Numbered from the stretch's first letter, positions 38,047 through 48,634 are shown. The stretch is 64,000 bases of DNA from an uncultured delta proteobacterium (GCA_963699755.1 CAVOVB010000001.1:416001-480000), one strand, 5' to 3'. Translations and numbers: made by a program. The notes: generated by a model from the letters alone, not told the origin.

Positions 38047-39090
38047 TCACAATACTAGCCACAACGAGGCCGCCAAGACCGCCAACACACCGAGCGCGAT
38101 CCATAGAGCGTTCCAGTTGACTGGTATCTCCGCGCTCCCGTCGGGAACGGGCTCTGTGCCTGGGTCGAGGTACTGGTAGAGCCGATCCATGTCCGGAGTG
38201 GAGATCGACGCAGTTTCGGCGAGTCCGCGGAGCTCATCGGCGATGGTCTTCATCTCATTCCGTGCTCCGAGCGCGTGACCGATCTTGATGCTTGTAGTGT
38301 CGCTCTCGACCATTCGCCGCATGAGGGCGAGGAGCAGCGGCTCGGGAAGCCACTGGAAGACCTTGTGGCTCTTCGGTGTGATGGGAATGCCGTGCGCGCT
38401 CAGGACTCTGTATCCCTCGCGAATCGCTCGGAGCATGAGCACCAGCGCGTCGCGCGTGCGCGCGAGCCGACCGGCGTCCACTCCTGCCATGTACAGGGCG
38501 TTGGCCGTGGGGCTGATCTCGGCGACGTGGGTCTTTAGCCACGCATCCATGTTCGAGCAGATCGAGGCAGGGAATCCAGCCGCTCCGAGGGCGTTCGCAA
38601 TCGCGTCGAGCCGTGGGGACTTGGTGCCGTCCAGCTCGCCGATCGTCGTGGGCTGTTCCCTGGCCGGGACGATCAGATAGCGGATGCTGTGATCACCGGC
38701 CACCGCTGCGGCACCGGGGAACCCGAGAAGCACTCGCTCGCGGCCGAGGACCTCTACCATCTCACTAGGGCCGGCGGCGTTGTTGCCGAAAAACATGACG
38801 CTAGGCGTCTGCCGGTTTTCGGCCAGTATTGGCAACACTTCCGAAACGTGGTCCTTGGGCAGGACGACCAGAACGAGGTCATAGGCGTCATCGGTGTCGA
38901 GCCGACCGACGGCTGGGACGCGAACCGTGGTCTCTTTGCCCGTAATGGCGTTTTCGAGCTGGATCCCATGCTCGCGGATGTCGTCCAAGCGCTTCTGCCT
39001 CGCCAGGATGGAAACGTCCTGTTCAGATTCTTTGAGCAGACCTGCATAGAGACTGCCGATGTTACCCGCTCCGTAAACTAGGATTCTCAT
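38047..39090 (-). CDS. Ketopantoate reductase (PanE/ApbA) family protein
   Basis: MRILVYGAGNIGS, LLGFPG, WLKTH. Confidence 0.85.
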   Translation of the reverse strand: MRILVYGAGNIGSLYAGLLKESEQDVSILARQKRLDDIREHGIQLENAITGKETTVRVPAVGRLDTDDAYDLVLVVLPKDHVSEVLPILAENRQTPSVMFFGNNAAGPSEMVEVLGRERVLLGFPGAAAVAGDHSIRYLIVPAREQPTTIGELDGTKSPRLDAIANALGAAGFPASICSNMDAWLKTHVAEISPTANALYMAGVDAGRLARTRDALVLMLRAIREGYRVLSAHGIPITPKSHKVFQWLPEPLLLALMRRMVESDTTSIKIGHALGARNEMKTIADELRGLAETASISTPDMDRLYQYLDPGTEPVPDGSAEIPVNWNALWIALGVLAVLAASLWLVL

Positions 39091-39263
39091 CTGTTTCCCT
39101 TGGCGGCCTACTCGGCGTGGCCATCGTGAGCCTTGCCGTCTTGCCGTCCGTCCGCCACCACTAGACTGTGCGCCAGTAAGAGAGGAGTGACCATTGTGCA
39201 GATCATCTGGGGAATCATGGGATTGATCCTGATTGCTGCTGCCGTGGTGGCCCGGCCGACGTC

Positions 39264-39971
39264 ATGATCACCAAAGCACCACCACTCGTCTATGCAAGAG
39301 TCGGGGGGGCTGCGTACCTCGTGATCACCATCGTCGCGGTGCTCTACGGGGGTCTTGTCGAATCCAAGCTCATCGTTTCGGGAAACGACGCGGCAACAGC
39401 CCACAACATCCTGGCCCACGAATCGCTGTTTCGCATCGGCATCGTCTTGGTCCTGATCATCTACGCGAGTGTCGTGGTGGCGTCCTGGGCGCTCTATGTG
39501 ATCCTCAGAACGGTCCACAAGAACCTTGCCTTGCTCGCGCTGCTTCTCAGGTCGGCAGAGGCGATCGTCGGTGCCGCTACTGTGCTCATCAGCTTCGCCG
39601 TCCTGTACGTTCTCGAGGGCAGCGGCTCTCCGAGCGCCCTTGAACCGGAACAATTGCAAGCTTTGGCTGGTCGGCTCATCGACGTGCGTACCGCCGGGCT
39701 AGATATCGTCTTGGTCTTCATCGGCCTCGGAGCGACCGTCTTTTGTGTTCTGCTCTTCAGGTCGAGGTGCATCCCCCAACCATTGGCTGCTTGGGGGATA
39801 TTCACGTACGTGTCGATGCTCGGTCTTGCTTTGGTGAGCATCCTCTTTCCCAACCATCCGTTGATGCTCGCAAACGTTCTCTACGGAGTGGGCGCGTTGT
39901 TTGAGCTCGTCCTAGGCCTTTGGCTCTTGTTCAAAGGGGTAGACCTCCAGCAATGGGATAAGCATGCATGA
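39264..39971 (+). CDS. DUF4386 membrane protein
   Basis: ARVGG..Y, DAATAHNI..FRIG, RCIP..L..WG, ELVLGLWLLFKG. Confidence 0.8.
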   Translation: MITKAPPLVYARVGGAAYLVITIVAVLYGGLVESKLIVSGNDAATAHNILAHESLFRIGIVLVLIIYASVVVASWALYVILRTVHKNLALLALLLRSAEAIVGAATVLISFAVLYVLEGSGSPSALEPEQLQALAGRLIDVRTAGLDIVLVFIGLGATVFCVLLFRSRCIPQPLAAWGIFTYVSMLGLALVSILFPNHPLMLANVLYGVGALFELVLGLWLLFKGVDLQQWDKHA

Positions 39972-40654
39972 GCACGAACGTTGCGAAGCCCGCCAAGGTG
40001 GCCATCATCGGCGCCAGCGGAACCTACGGCAGAGGGATCCTCGCCCGGGCCGAGGAGCTCGGCGTCGAGGCGGTGGTGGTCACGCGGTCTCCACACAAAT
40101 TCAAGGAAGTGAAGCCGACGACTACAGTGGTCGAGGCGCAGCTCGACGACGAGAAGAAGTTGAAGGAGGCGTTCGCCGGCTGCGATGGCGTCATCTCGGC
40201 TCTCGGCGACGACCGAAAGAAGCGTCCGAAGACCCACAGCCTCCCGCACGTCTGGAACGCCATGAAGGCTGCCGGCGTGACCAAGTACATCGGCATGGGC
40301 TCCGGAGCGATGATGATGCCGGACGAGAAGCGTGGGCGTTTCCAGCGCACCGTGCACCCCGTGCTGAGCGTTCTGAAGCTCTTTGGCGTCGACTTTCTCG
40401 AACAAAACGAGTGGGAGCGCGACAGTCTGCTCATGGGCAACAACGGCGCGGATGGCATCACCTGGGTGCTCACCAGACCGGTGAGGCCGACCAAGACGCC
40501 CTTCGTTGGAGCTCACGTGCACAAGGATGAGCGGGGCCCGATGGATTGCTCGATCTACGACCACGGCGACTTCTGCTTGTACTGCGTGGCATCGAGCGAG
40601 TGGGACAAGCTTGCCCCGCATGTCAGCTCCGGGCCGCAGCCCGAGAAGCAGTAA
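39968..40654 (+). CDS. NAD(P)-dependent oxidoreductase (flavin reductase/BVR-B-like)
   Basis: AIIGASGTYG, GCDGVISALG, WVLTRP. Confidence 0.8.
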   Translation: MSTNVAKPAKVAIIGASGTYGRGILARAEELGVEAVVVTRSPHKFKEVKPTTTVVEAQLDDEKKLKEAFAGCDGVISALGDDRKKRPKTHSLPHVWNAMKAAGVTKYIGMGSGAMMMPDEKRGRFQRTVHPVLSVLKLFGVDFLEQNEWERDSLLMGNNGADGITWVLTRPVRPTKTPFVGAHVHKDERGPMDCSIYDHGDFCLYCVASSEWDKLAPHVSSGPQPEKQ

Positions 40655-41413
40655 GACCTGTGAGCGGGGACGTGGTTCACCGCGCTGCGGCGGCGCGCTC
40701 GTGCCACCGCTGTTCGTCTACCCCTTTGAAGAGAAGCCACAGGAAGAACGGTATCTCCCCGGCCCAGGCCGCCACCCAATGATGGCGGAATACACGTCTG
40801 CGTAGCGCGGCAGAAGAATGTTCCCCATGCTCTCTATCAAATACCTCAACGCCGCGAGCGCCATCAACGCACCGAGCACTTTGGGAACGAAGCCCGAGGT
40901 GCAAATCAAGTAGCCCAGCACAAAGCAGTGCAGCGCAAAGAACGCCTCCCAGATCAAGATCACCCGTCCCTGCGCATCGACGAACAGCAGAGCGAGCGCG
41001 TCCAACTGCGCTTGTTCGAACGCCGCCAAGTAGCCCGCGCCGCTCAGAACCAGCAGGACAGCAAAGCTGGTGAGCAAATTGACTCCCTGGATCACGGCCA
41101 TCGTCAACCTGGCGTACGCCGCGATCAGAGAGAGCGTTCTGTTGACCGGTTCGAACAATCGATAAAGAACCACGACCAACACAATCTCAGCTAGGAACAG
41201 CACCGCATCGCTGACCATCCCCAGCCGGAACAACCACTCCGAAGCCCGGATGTTGTCGGCGGTGGCCGCGGCGTCTCCAGGCACGACCAGCGCGGAGGGA
41301 ACATACATCATCCCTAAGCCAGCGCACGCGAGTATCACCAGGACCAGAATCCCTGCCGTTCTCGCGTAAGAGAGCGGCAACATCGCAGCGGCGCGGCTTG
41401 CCATGGTGATCAC
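40654..41413 (-). pseudogene. Second DUF4386 membrane protein, frameshifted near the C-terminus
   Basis: DAAATADNI..FRLG..; terminal GEIPFFLWLLFKG lies in another frame (shift near 40780). Confidence 0.7.
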
Positions 41414-41934
41414 TTCGTGTCGGCTTGCATCCGGAGCTGCTCCGCCAATTGGAGCACTGGGTCAATGTTGGACTTCTTCACGTAGTCGAATCCCTCCAAC
41501 TCTTCTCGCCGCGCCTCGGGATCGGGATTCACCAATGCACCCATCTTCAGAATCAGCCGGATCCACCAGCTGACCTCCGCATGGTTCAGCCTGCCGCGCA
41601 GCGCAACATGCTTCATTTGCGCAAGCAGTGTCTCAGGAAGACTGGCCGCAATCCAGCCATCGAGTCTTGGCCCGGCCGACGCACCGGAAACGGTGAACAG
41701 GATTGTCGGCTTGTTTTCGATGCTAGCCCTATGGGCTTTGACCCATTTGCGGATAGTCAGCCGGTACACGATCACCGAGCTTCCCAGGATCAACAACTCG
41801 TATTTCGATGGGTCGGCGTTGGCCTCTTTAACGTCGAAGACGGGCAAACCGGTCGCTTCGCCGATCCAATTGGCGTACTGAGCGGTGCTACCGTACTGCC
41901 CCGAGAAGAAGATTGCTCCGTTCATGTTCAACAC
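41410..41934 (-). CDS. Flavodoxin-domain protein (HemG-like)
   Basis: SGQYGSTAQYANWI, ILGSSV, LRGRLN. Confidence 0.8.
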   Translation of the reverse strand: MLNMNGAIFFSGQYGSTAQYANWIGEATGLPVFDVKEANADPSKYELLILGSSVIVYRLTIRKWVKAHRASIENKPTILFTVSGASAGPRLDGWIAASLPETLLAQMKHVALRGRLNHAEVSWWIRLILKMGALVNPDPEARREELEGFDYVKKSNIDPVLQLAEQLRMQADTK

Positions 41935-42040
41935 TGCCTCCTTGATCCGCGTCTAGCACAGGGAGCAGCGCGCGGACGGATGGGAGTCCCAGTTGGCTAA
42001 TGGGGTGGCCCAGGAAGACGCACCGGGATACGGATAGCTC

Positions 42041-42937
42041 GTGGCCCCCAGGCAAACCATTCTCATCGCCGGAGCGACCGGATCCGTTGGCGGTGCTGCC
42101 GCTCTCGCGCTTTCGAAAGGCGGCGCACGAGTCGTGCTGCTCGGGCGCAGTGCTCGAAAGCTGAACGCAAAGGCGGACTCGATGCGCGAAGCGCTATCCG
42201 ACATCGGCATCGACAACCCCAGCGGAGACATAGCCACACTGACAGTCGACTTCTCCGATTTGGAGTCCGTGAGAGCGGCAGCCGAAGAAGCTTTGTGCCG
42301 CTTTCCGGCGATCGATGGGCTGGTACTGTCGGTTGGCGCCCTCGTCCAGAATGGTCCTCACGTGCTCCCCAGTGGACACGAGGTGATGTTCGCCACGAAT
42401 GTCATGGGGCCGTTCCTCTTCACGCAGCTGCTGGTGGAGAGATTGCAGCAATCAGATGGCCTGGTTCTCCACGTGATCGCGCCGTTCTGCGAAAAAGTCG
42501 ACTGGGACGACCTCGAGAGCATCGATCATCACAGGTCGATGACCGCATTCAACAGGACCAAGACCTGCAACCGTGTAATTGCAGGAGAGTTGGCTCGTCG
42601 GTATACGGGAAAGATCTCCTCAGTCGCGTTCGATCCTACCTTCGTCATCGATAAGTCAGACCCTGACTTGAAGAAGAGATGGCCGACTGGGTTAACAGGC
42701 CTGGCGTGGCGAATCATGGCCGCGCTCCGTGCGAAATCCCCCGCTGTAGCAGGTGAGCCGATTGCGAAACTGATGCTCTCGCAGCGAGATCGAAGGTCGA
42801 TCAATGGAGCGCTGTTTGTTCTTGATCAACGGGCAAACGAGGCAGACATGGCGATGAACGATGAAGTGCTGGGAGCACGGCTGTGGGAGAGACTAGAGGT
42901 GCTCACGGAAGCGCCAAGCGGTCGACCGTCCGTCTAG
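42041..42937 (+). CDS. Short-chain dehydrogenase/reductase (retinol dehydrogenase-like, atypical)
   Basis: AGATGSVG, VDFSDLESVR, FATNVMGPFL; FNRTK in place of YxxxK. Confidence 0.8.
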   Translation: MAPRQTILIAGATGSVGGAAALALSKGGARVVLLGRSARKLNAKADSMREALSDIGIDNPSGDIATLTVDFSDLESVRAAAEEALCRFPAIDGLVLSVGALVQNGPHVLPSGHEVMFATNVMGPFLFTQLLVERLQQSDGLVLHVIAPFCEKVDWDDLESIDHHRSMTAFNRTKTCNRVIAGELARRYTGKISSVAFDPTFVIDKSDPDLKKRWPTGLTGLAWRIMAALRAKSPAVAGEPIAKLMLSQRDRRSINGALFVLDQRANEADMAMNDEVLGARLWERLEVLTEAPSGRPSV

Positions 42938-43095
42938 ATTTGGCGCGCTCATCGGTCGGTGGCCGTGTGCGCTTCGGCGATTTCGCGGGTGAGGTTCAGG
43001 ACGCCGTTGACCACGATCTGTGCGCCGGGCCCGACGCCGAGCGTCCAGTACCGCCTGAACCATTTGCGTGCGTCCTCGAACGACCTTCGGAGCCT

Positions 43096-43197
43096 AGGAA
43101 GAACAAACGCCCTTTCCGCTTCGCGCGCCGCAAGTCGACATAACAAGTTGATACCGCGAAATTCGGCGCTCATCGTCCTCCCGATGGGCCAAGAGAG
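43096..43197 (+). repeat. Double dif/xrs-like element
   Basis: AGGAAGAACAA-ACGCCC-TTTCCGCTTCG-(9)-AGTCGACATAA-CAAGTTGA-TACCGCGAAAT plus 35-nt tail TCGGCGCTCATC..GGGCCAAGAGAG. Confidence 0.85.
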
Positions 43198-43309
43198 GCA
43201 CCGGCGGCAAGGGTTCTGAGCGTGTGAGCTCTGCACCTCTTTGATCACTCGTGGTCCGAAGAAATGGGGCAGGTCACCCGGCGCTCCGAAGCGCGACCTT
43301 TGTCTCCTA

Positions 43310-43798
43310 CTATTCGCGCCAGACTCGATAGAAATGGACGTTCTGCCTTCGGTTCACGACGTGACAGCGTGTCAACCCATCGTCGCTCAGCGAAAGAGCA
43401 GCGTCCAGATTGGCAGTGTCGCGCAAGACCTTCTTGTCAGCGGGGAACACTGCCTTGAAAAACCCAATGGGAGCATTTTCAATCGGGCTCGGAGCGAACA
43501 CAAAGCGCGTCTTCGTCTGAACGGGGTTCTTGGTTTCGAACCGCATCCAGGCGTCGTAGTGCTCGAGCCACATCGAACCGGCCCCTGCCAACCCCGACAC
43601 CTCGGATGATGACGTCTCGAACTCGTAATCGAAAAGAGATTCTGCAGAGACCTCAAAACCTCGACCGAAGACATAGCCAAAGATCCGAGTTCTGTTCATG
43701 TAGAGCAGAGAAATCGCAATCACGACAGCGAAAGAAATCGCTCCGATCTTCTTCTTGTCTCGACTGATCATTGCTTGATGTCTCAAAGGTTCAGGCAA
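43310..43798 (-). CDS. Hypothetical membrane-anchored protein between two repeat elements
   Basis: Lower-GC ORF with N-terminal TM; start may be MISRD near 43774. Confidence 0.55.
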   Translation of the reverse strand: MPEPLRHQAMISRDKKKIGAISFAVVIAISLLYMNRTRIFGYVFGRGFEVSAESLFDYEFETSSSEVSGLAGAGSMWLEHYDAWMRFETKNPVQTKTRFVFAPSPIENAPIGFFKAVFPADKKVLRDTANLDAALSLSDDGLTRCHVVNRRQNVHFYRVWRE

Positions 43799-43842
43799 GC
43801 AACCGAACCCGCGATAGCGCGGCTGCTGTCAGCTCATAGCAT

Positions 43843-43940
43843 AGCAACTACAGAAGCCCTCTCCGCACGCGTCACCACGCGACATAAGATCTAGTACCGC
43901 GCAATTCGGCGCTCATCTTGAGCCCGGTGGGCCAAGAGAG
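43843..43940 (+). repeat. Double dif/xrs-like element
   Basis: AGCAACTACAG-AAGCCC-TCTCCGCACGC-GTCACC-ACGCGACATAA-GATCTAG-TACCGCGCAAT plus 35-nt tail TCGGCGCTCATCTTGAGCCCGGTGGGCCAAGAGAG. Confidence 0.85.
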
Positions 43941-44418
43941 CCTCGCTACCCTGTCGCCCCGCTGCGAAGCGTCGTGCTTCTTCGAACTCCTGGAGCCGAT
44001 CGCCTCCAATGATCTCGAGCACCTGTGCCATCGACGTCACGGGCGTCTCGGGCCGAGGCGCCGAGGGAATACCGCAGGCCTTGCACAAGAGTCGAAAGCA
44101 CTACCCAAGCCGTTCGTTTCATGGCGCGGAGGCTCGCACAACCTCCGCACCAACCCTACCCAGCTGGCTCGCGTTCGTGGCGATCGCCTCGATCGAGCCG
44201 TTCGAGCGCCGACGACACGAACGAACGCGCGGTGCCGATCGGGGAACATGCCACCGGATTGGGCGGCGCCTTTGCTCGGCTGTCTCTCGGTCAACGATTT
44301 CTATCCCAGTGGCGGGAAGCGACGAGCAAGCCCAGCGTCCTCGGCCCATGGCGGCTCACCCTGACACCCAAGGAAGCTCTTGCAGAGCTGCGGCCGGAAA
44401 TGTGACGCTGTGCGCTAG

Positions 44419-46363
44419 ATGATGATCAAGATACGCCTCGAGTGGGCCCTCCTTGCGCCGATCCTCGGGACCCTCGCGAGCGGCTTCGCGTCACCCTGCC
44501 CTGCAACTGCACAAGACGCCCGAAGCCCCGACGCCGGCACTGCCGCTGATGCTGGCGCCGCCGCTGTCCCCGTTGCCGCGGAGTCCGTCGAAGACGCTTC
44601 CGACGCAGAGCGAATCGTGCGGATACGTCGTGGCATCCAAGCTCGACAAAGAGAAGCTTCGCGGTCTTGATATCGAGCACCGCTCGCGTGTGAGGTGGTT
44701 CGAAGACCTCGCCGAGGGAATGACCGAGGTCGCGTCGCAGCTCAACGAGAACAAGGAGGCCCTCGAGCGCCTTGGGGAGAAGGCTGACCCGGAGGAGACC
44801 AAGGAGCTCAAGTTACGAATCGTGGAGCTCCAAGAGGACTATGACCTCTACAACCGACAGACCGATCTCGCACTCACAGCGGAAAAGAGGACCAAAGATC
44901 AAATCAAGGCGCTGACCGCCAAGATCGAGACGGATGAGCGTTCGCTCGCCGAGCTGACCGGGGACGCCCCGATTGCCCCGCGCGCGCGAGCCGTCGAACC
45001 TGCGCCCGTCCCCGCTGCCAAGGCGGCCCGAGATGCGCCAACCCCACCCAAAGAGGGTTCATCGGCCGTGACCGCGGCTCAGCTGCGAGCCCAAAAGGTT
45101 GTCGCGGACAAGGAGCAGGAGCTCGAGCGGGCCCGGTCCGAAGTCGAGCTTTATGTCGAGCGACGGCGGGCGCTCGAAACCCAGCTCAAGCTCGAGGAGG
45201 GTCTTGCCAAGACCGAGACGGATGAGATCGAAAACCTCGAGCGCGCCGTCGAGATTTGGCAAGAGCGTCTCGACCTAGCAACCGAAGAGGGCGACGAGGA
45301 ACGCGCAGCGCGGAGTGCCCGGGCAATCGATGGTCTCGCCGACATCATCGGGGAGGCGAAGAAGGCAACGGCGGTTCGCGCCGAGTATCGAGCATCCCTT
45401 CAGAAACGACTCGAGCTCGTCGGTGAGGAGCAACTTCGCGTCAACTCCGTGGCAGACCAGAAGCGCAAAGAGCTCGAAAGCGCCCTGCGGAGCCTCCTGT
45501 GGCTCGAAAGCCCCGTCCACCGCCAAAACATCGCGCATTGGGCGACGCACCGAGGGCCACGAGTTCTGCTCGTCATCGCGATAATCGCGTTCTTGCTCGT
45601 GCTCCTGCAGGTGAGCGCACGTGGCATCGCGCGGACATTCGTTCGACGCCGACGTGGAGGCCGCTCGGAAGGGACGGGGCGGGCCGATACCCTCGCCATC
45701 AGCTTTCGAAGCGCGGCGCGCGTCCTGATCCTGCTGATCGGCGTGATACTGATCCTCCAGGAAGCGGGATTGGACATTCGGACGGTGCTTGGTGGCGCGG
45801 CGATCTTCGGCGTGGCTGTCGCCTTCGGGGCGCAGGACCTGATGCGGGATTACCTCTCGGGGTTTTTGATTCTTCTCGAAGACCAGTATCAACTCGGGGA
45901 CTTGGTGACGATCGAGGGCATCACCGGGACCGTCGAGTCGGTGAACATGCGCGTGACCGTGCTTCGCGACCTCGAAGGGCCGGTTCATTTCATTCCGAAT
46001 GGCAATATCAAGAGCGTGACTAATCGAACGTATGGCTGGGCGCGCCCGGTGTTCGAGATCCCCGTGCGATTCGACGAAGACGTGGACCGCGTGATGGAGA
46101 CTCTCCTCGAAGTCGCGAACGGGCTGATGACCGACCCAAACTGGAAACCCTTCGTCAGAGGTGAGCCTGAGATGTTGGGCGTCGACAAGCTCACCGATCA
46201 CGGGATCATCATCAAGTTCATGGTGAAGACCGTGCCCGATCAGCTCTTCGCGGTCCGCCGCGAGATGCTGCGGAGGATCAGTAAGCGGCTCAACGAGCTA
46301 GGCATTCAAATCGCCGTGCCACACCGGTTCATCCAGCGAGAAATCAGCGATAAAAAGCCCTAA
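44419..46363 (+). pseudogene. MscS mechanosensitive channel with large periplasmic coiled coil; one frameshift near 44637
   Basis: Signal peptide in ORF 44419, body in ORF 44453; GVAVAFGAQDL..GDLV..GTVE..IPNG; could be a sequencing indel. Confidence 0.8.
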
Positions 46364-46429
46364 CCCCCGTTCCATCCGAGCAAAGTTCGACATGGGCCGG
46401 GACGAAGGGGCTGAGAGGATCCATCAGCG

Positions 46430-46999
46430 TCAACGGGAGATGGGCATCATTCCATCCGGTACCAAGCTCACCGAATGCGGCGAGCACAGCGAGTCGATGT
46501 AGACGAGGGGGTGGAAAGCGATCTCGTACGCGAGAGAGCAACTACCTTGTACGATCAGTGTTCCCGTCATCTCAGTGGCGGAGAGGACTCGCACTACGTT
46601 CCCCTCCGCTTGGATGCTGACCTCGCCGGCGAGGTCAGCTCGAGATCCACAGACGAACCCGAGATCCAACGGCAGCCCCCAACCACCCCGCAAGTGCAGT
46701 TGATCGCCGCAAAGCCGTCCCTCGATCCGGTACTGGTCGTCGACGATGATCGTCACGTCGTTGGCGTTCTGCTTGAACGACCAATGGGAACCGCAGGGTT
46801 CGAATGGAACCCCTGGTGTCACGTCGCAGCCTGGACTGCGGATCGTGACGAGGCCGCGGTCGGACCAGAACGTTCCATCCAGATTCGCCAGCGGCGCTTC
46901 GTCGCAGTCTGGAAGTGTTCCAGTTCCTGGGAGAAAACCAGGCTCGTCGCTGCAGCTCCCGAGTGCGATCAAGCTGTAAATGCAGAAGATCCAGCGCAT
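46430..46999 (-). CDS. Hypothetical lipoprotein
   Basis: Lipobox LGSC; no recognised domain. Confidence 0.5.
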   Translation of the reverse strand: MRWIFCIYSLIALGSCSDEPGFLPGTGTLPDCDEAPLANLDGTFWSDRGLVTIRSPGCDVTPGVPFEPCGSHWSFKQNANDVTIIVDDQYRIEGRLCGDQLHLRGGWGLPLDLGFVCGSRADLAGEVSIQAEGNVVRVLSATEMTGTLIVQGSCSLAYEIAFHPLVYIDSLCSPHSVSLVPDGMMPISR

Positions 47000-47210
47000 G
47001 AGGAGAGCCTAACACGCGGGGCTATCTCTTTCGTTATGGATGGTCGGTTGGTAGCGACGGGCGAATAAGCCGGAGGCGTTGAGCGCAGCACGCGGGGCTT
47101 GAGACATCTGCGATGTCTTACAATCCCACTTCTTGTCGCTCGATGGCGTGCTCGTTTTTCAGCATTTTCTGCTCGCGCAACGTTTCGGCGGGCAAAACCG
47201 ACAACCATGT

Positions 47211-47624
47211 ATGGGGGACACGCCCGACTCATATCAACCGCACGCGAACGCTCGTGATCAAGAAGCCCAAAGAAGACCGGCTCTCGATTCGCCCCTGCTG
47301 ACAAGACACGAGGCAGCAGGGTATTGTCGCGTGGGGCTACGGACGTTTGATCGACGCGTGTCGCCGCATGTGCGGGCGCTCTCCATTGGCGCCCGCATCT
47401 TGTTTGACCGAAGGGATATCGATACATGGCTCGAAACTCAGAAGGATGGGCGCTCAGTCGAGATCGGCGCACCGGTGCCTACACGGTCCGCTTCACGCAT
47501 CGGGGCCGACGCCAACACCGATCCACGGGCGCTCGAGATCTTGCGGGAGCTAAGGTCGAGGCGGCGCGAATCTACGCCGAGACTGTTTTCGGTCGCCGGC
47601 TGCAAAACCGACAACGAGAACTGA
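47211..47624 (+). CDS. Excisionase-like helix-turn-helix protein (start uncertain)
   Basis: LLTRHEAAGYCRVGLRTF..IGARILFDRRDIDTWL upstream of and overlapping the integrase. Confidence 0.7.
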   Translation: MGDTPDSYQPHANARDQEAQRRPALDSPLLTRHEAAGYCRVGLRTFDRRVSPHVRALSIGARILFDRRDIDTWLETQKDGRSVEIGAPVPTRSASRIGADANTDPRALEILRELRSRRRESTPRLFSVAGCKTDNEN

Positions 47625-48634
47625 AAGCGCTCGATGTCTTGTTCGCCGAGTGGCTCGGTTAGATCGAGTCCGAGATCGCGCCCGAGACCTGGAAGACCTT
47701 TCGCGGCTACTGAGTGAACCACTTTTTACCCTTCTTCGAGTCGGCCGAGCGGCTGACCGTGAGCTCGGTCGAGGACTACAGCTGCATGCGCTTGCTGCAC
47801 GTCACGCGACCCACCGTGGCCAAGGAGCTCTCGGCGCTCCGAAACTTTCTGGGCTGGGCGGAGCGACGGGGCGAGATCGACGAAGCCCCCGTCGTTCGAA
47901 ACCCGCCCAGACGTTCAACCGGAACCGCCTTCGACGGAGGGAAACGGGACAAAGTCCGCGTGGCGCTCACCAGCGAGCAAGCCGAAGCAATTATCGACTT
48001 TCTCCCAGATCGAACCCCGGTGGCCGGCCACCCCATCAAGGCCCTGTTCACGGTCATCTGGGATACGAGCCTCCGCATCGGAACCATGTGGCGCCTCGAG
48101 GTCCCGAAGCACTACAAGCGCGGAGACGACGTGCTTCGGATCTCACAGGACATCGACAAATCGAGATACGCCCGGTCGCTCCCGCTGACCCCCCGCGCCC
48201 GCCGCGTGCTCGATGCGATCTGCGAGGACGAGGGCCTCATCTTCCACCACTTCGAGTACCGGCGGATTCTGGCCCAAGCCGCGCGCAAAGTGCTCGGCAC
48301 CGAGCACGAAGCAGTACACTTGAGCGCCCACGACTTCCGCCACGCCGCCCTCACGCACATGGCCGCCGTCGGCAGCGACCTCACCGCCATCGGCCACATC
48401 GCCGGCCACAAGAACGCAACCACCACCGCCCTCTACGTGCACAACTCGGAAGCTGCTGCACGCCGCGCAGTCGCTCGTCGAGCCGGAATTCTGGACACCA
48501 AAGTGGACACCGACGCCGGCCAAGCGGCCGAAAAGCGTCCAGTGGTACGACCTAAGTTTTCGGAATCATGGGTGGGCCATCCTGGACTCGAACCAGGAGC
48601 CAATGGATTAAGAATCCACTGCTCTACCACTTGA
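47426..48634 (+). pseudogene. Phage-type tyrosine integrase with two in-frame stops (TAG 47660, TGA 47711)
   Basis: One frame MARNSEGW..RSTG..AEWLG*IESE..GY*VNHFLPFF; TSLR, DK, HDFRH, GHK, TTALY; reads into the antisense of tRNA-Lys. Confidence 0.88.

Noticed and set aside
3765..43940. The ~98-bp element as integron attC sites
   Set aside because: No RYYYAAC...GTTRRRY ends, no end-to-end palindrome, no IntI, and cargo genes lie in both orientations.
47660..47713. Stop-codon recoding (Pyl/Sec or alternative code) in the integrase
   Set aside because: TAG and TGA both terminate ordinary genes in this window; single transitions from CAG and TGG explain them.
47000..48634. Prophage
   Set aside because: No structural, terminase or replication genes in the window; only xis/int.
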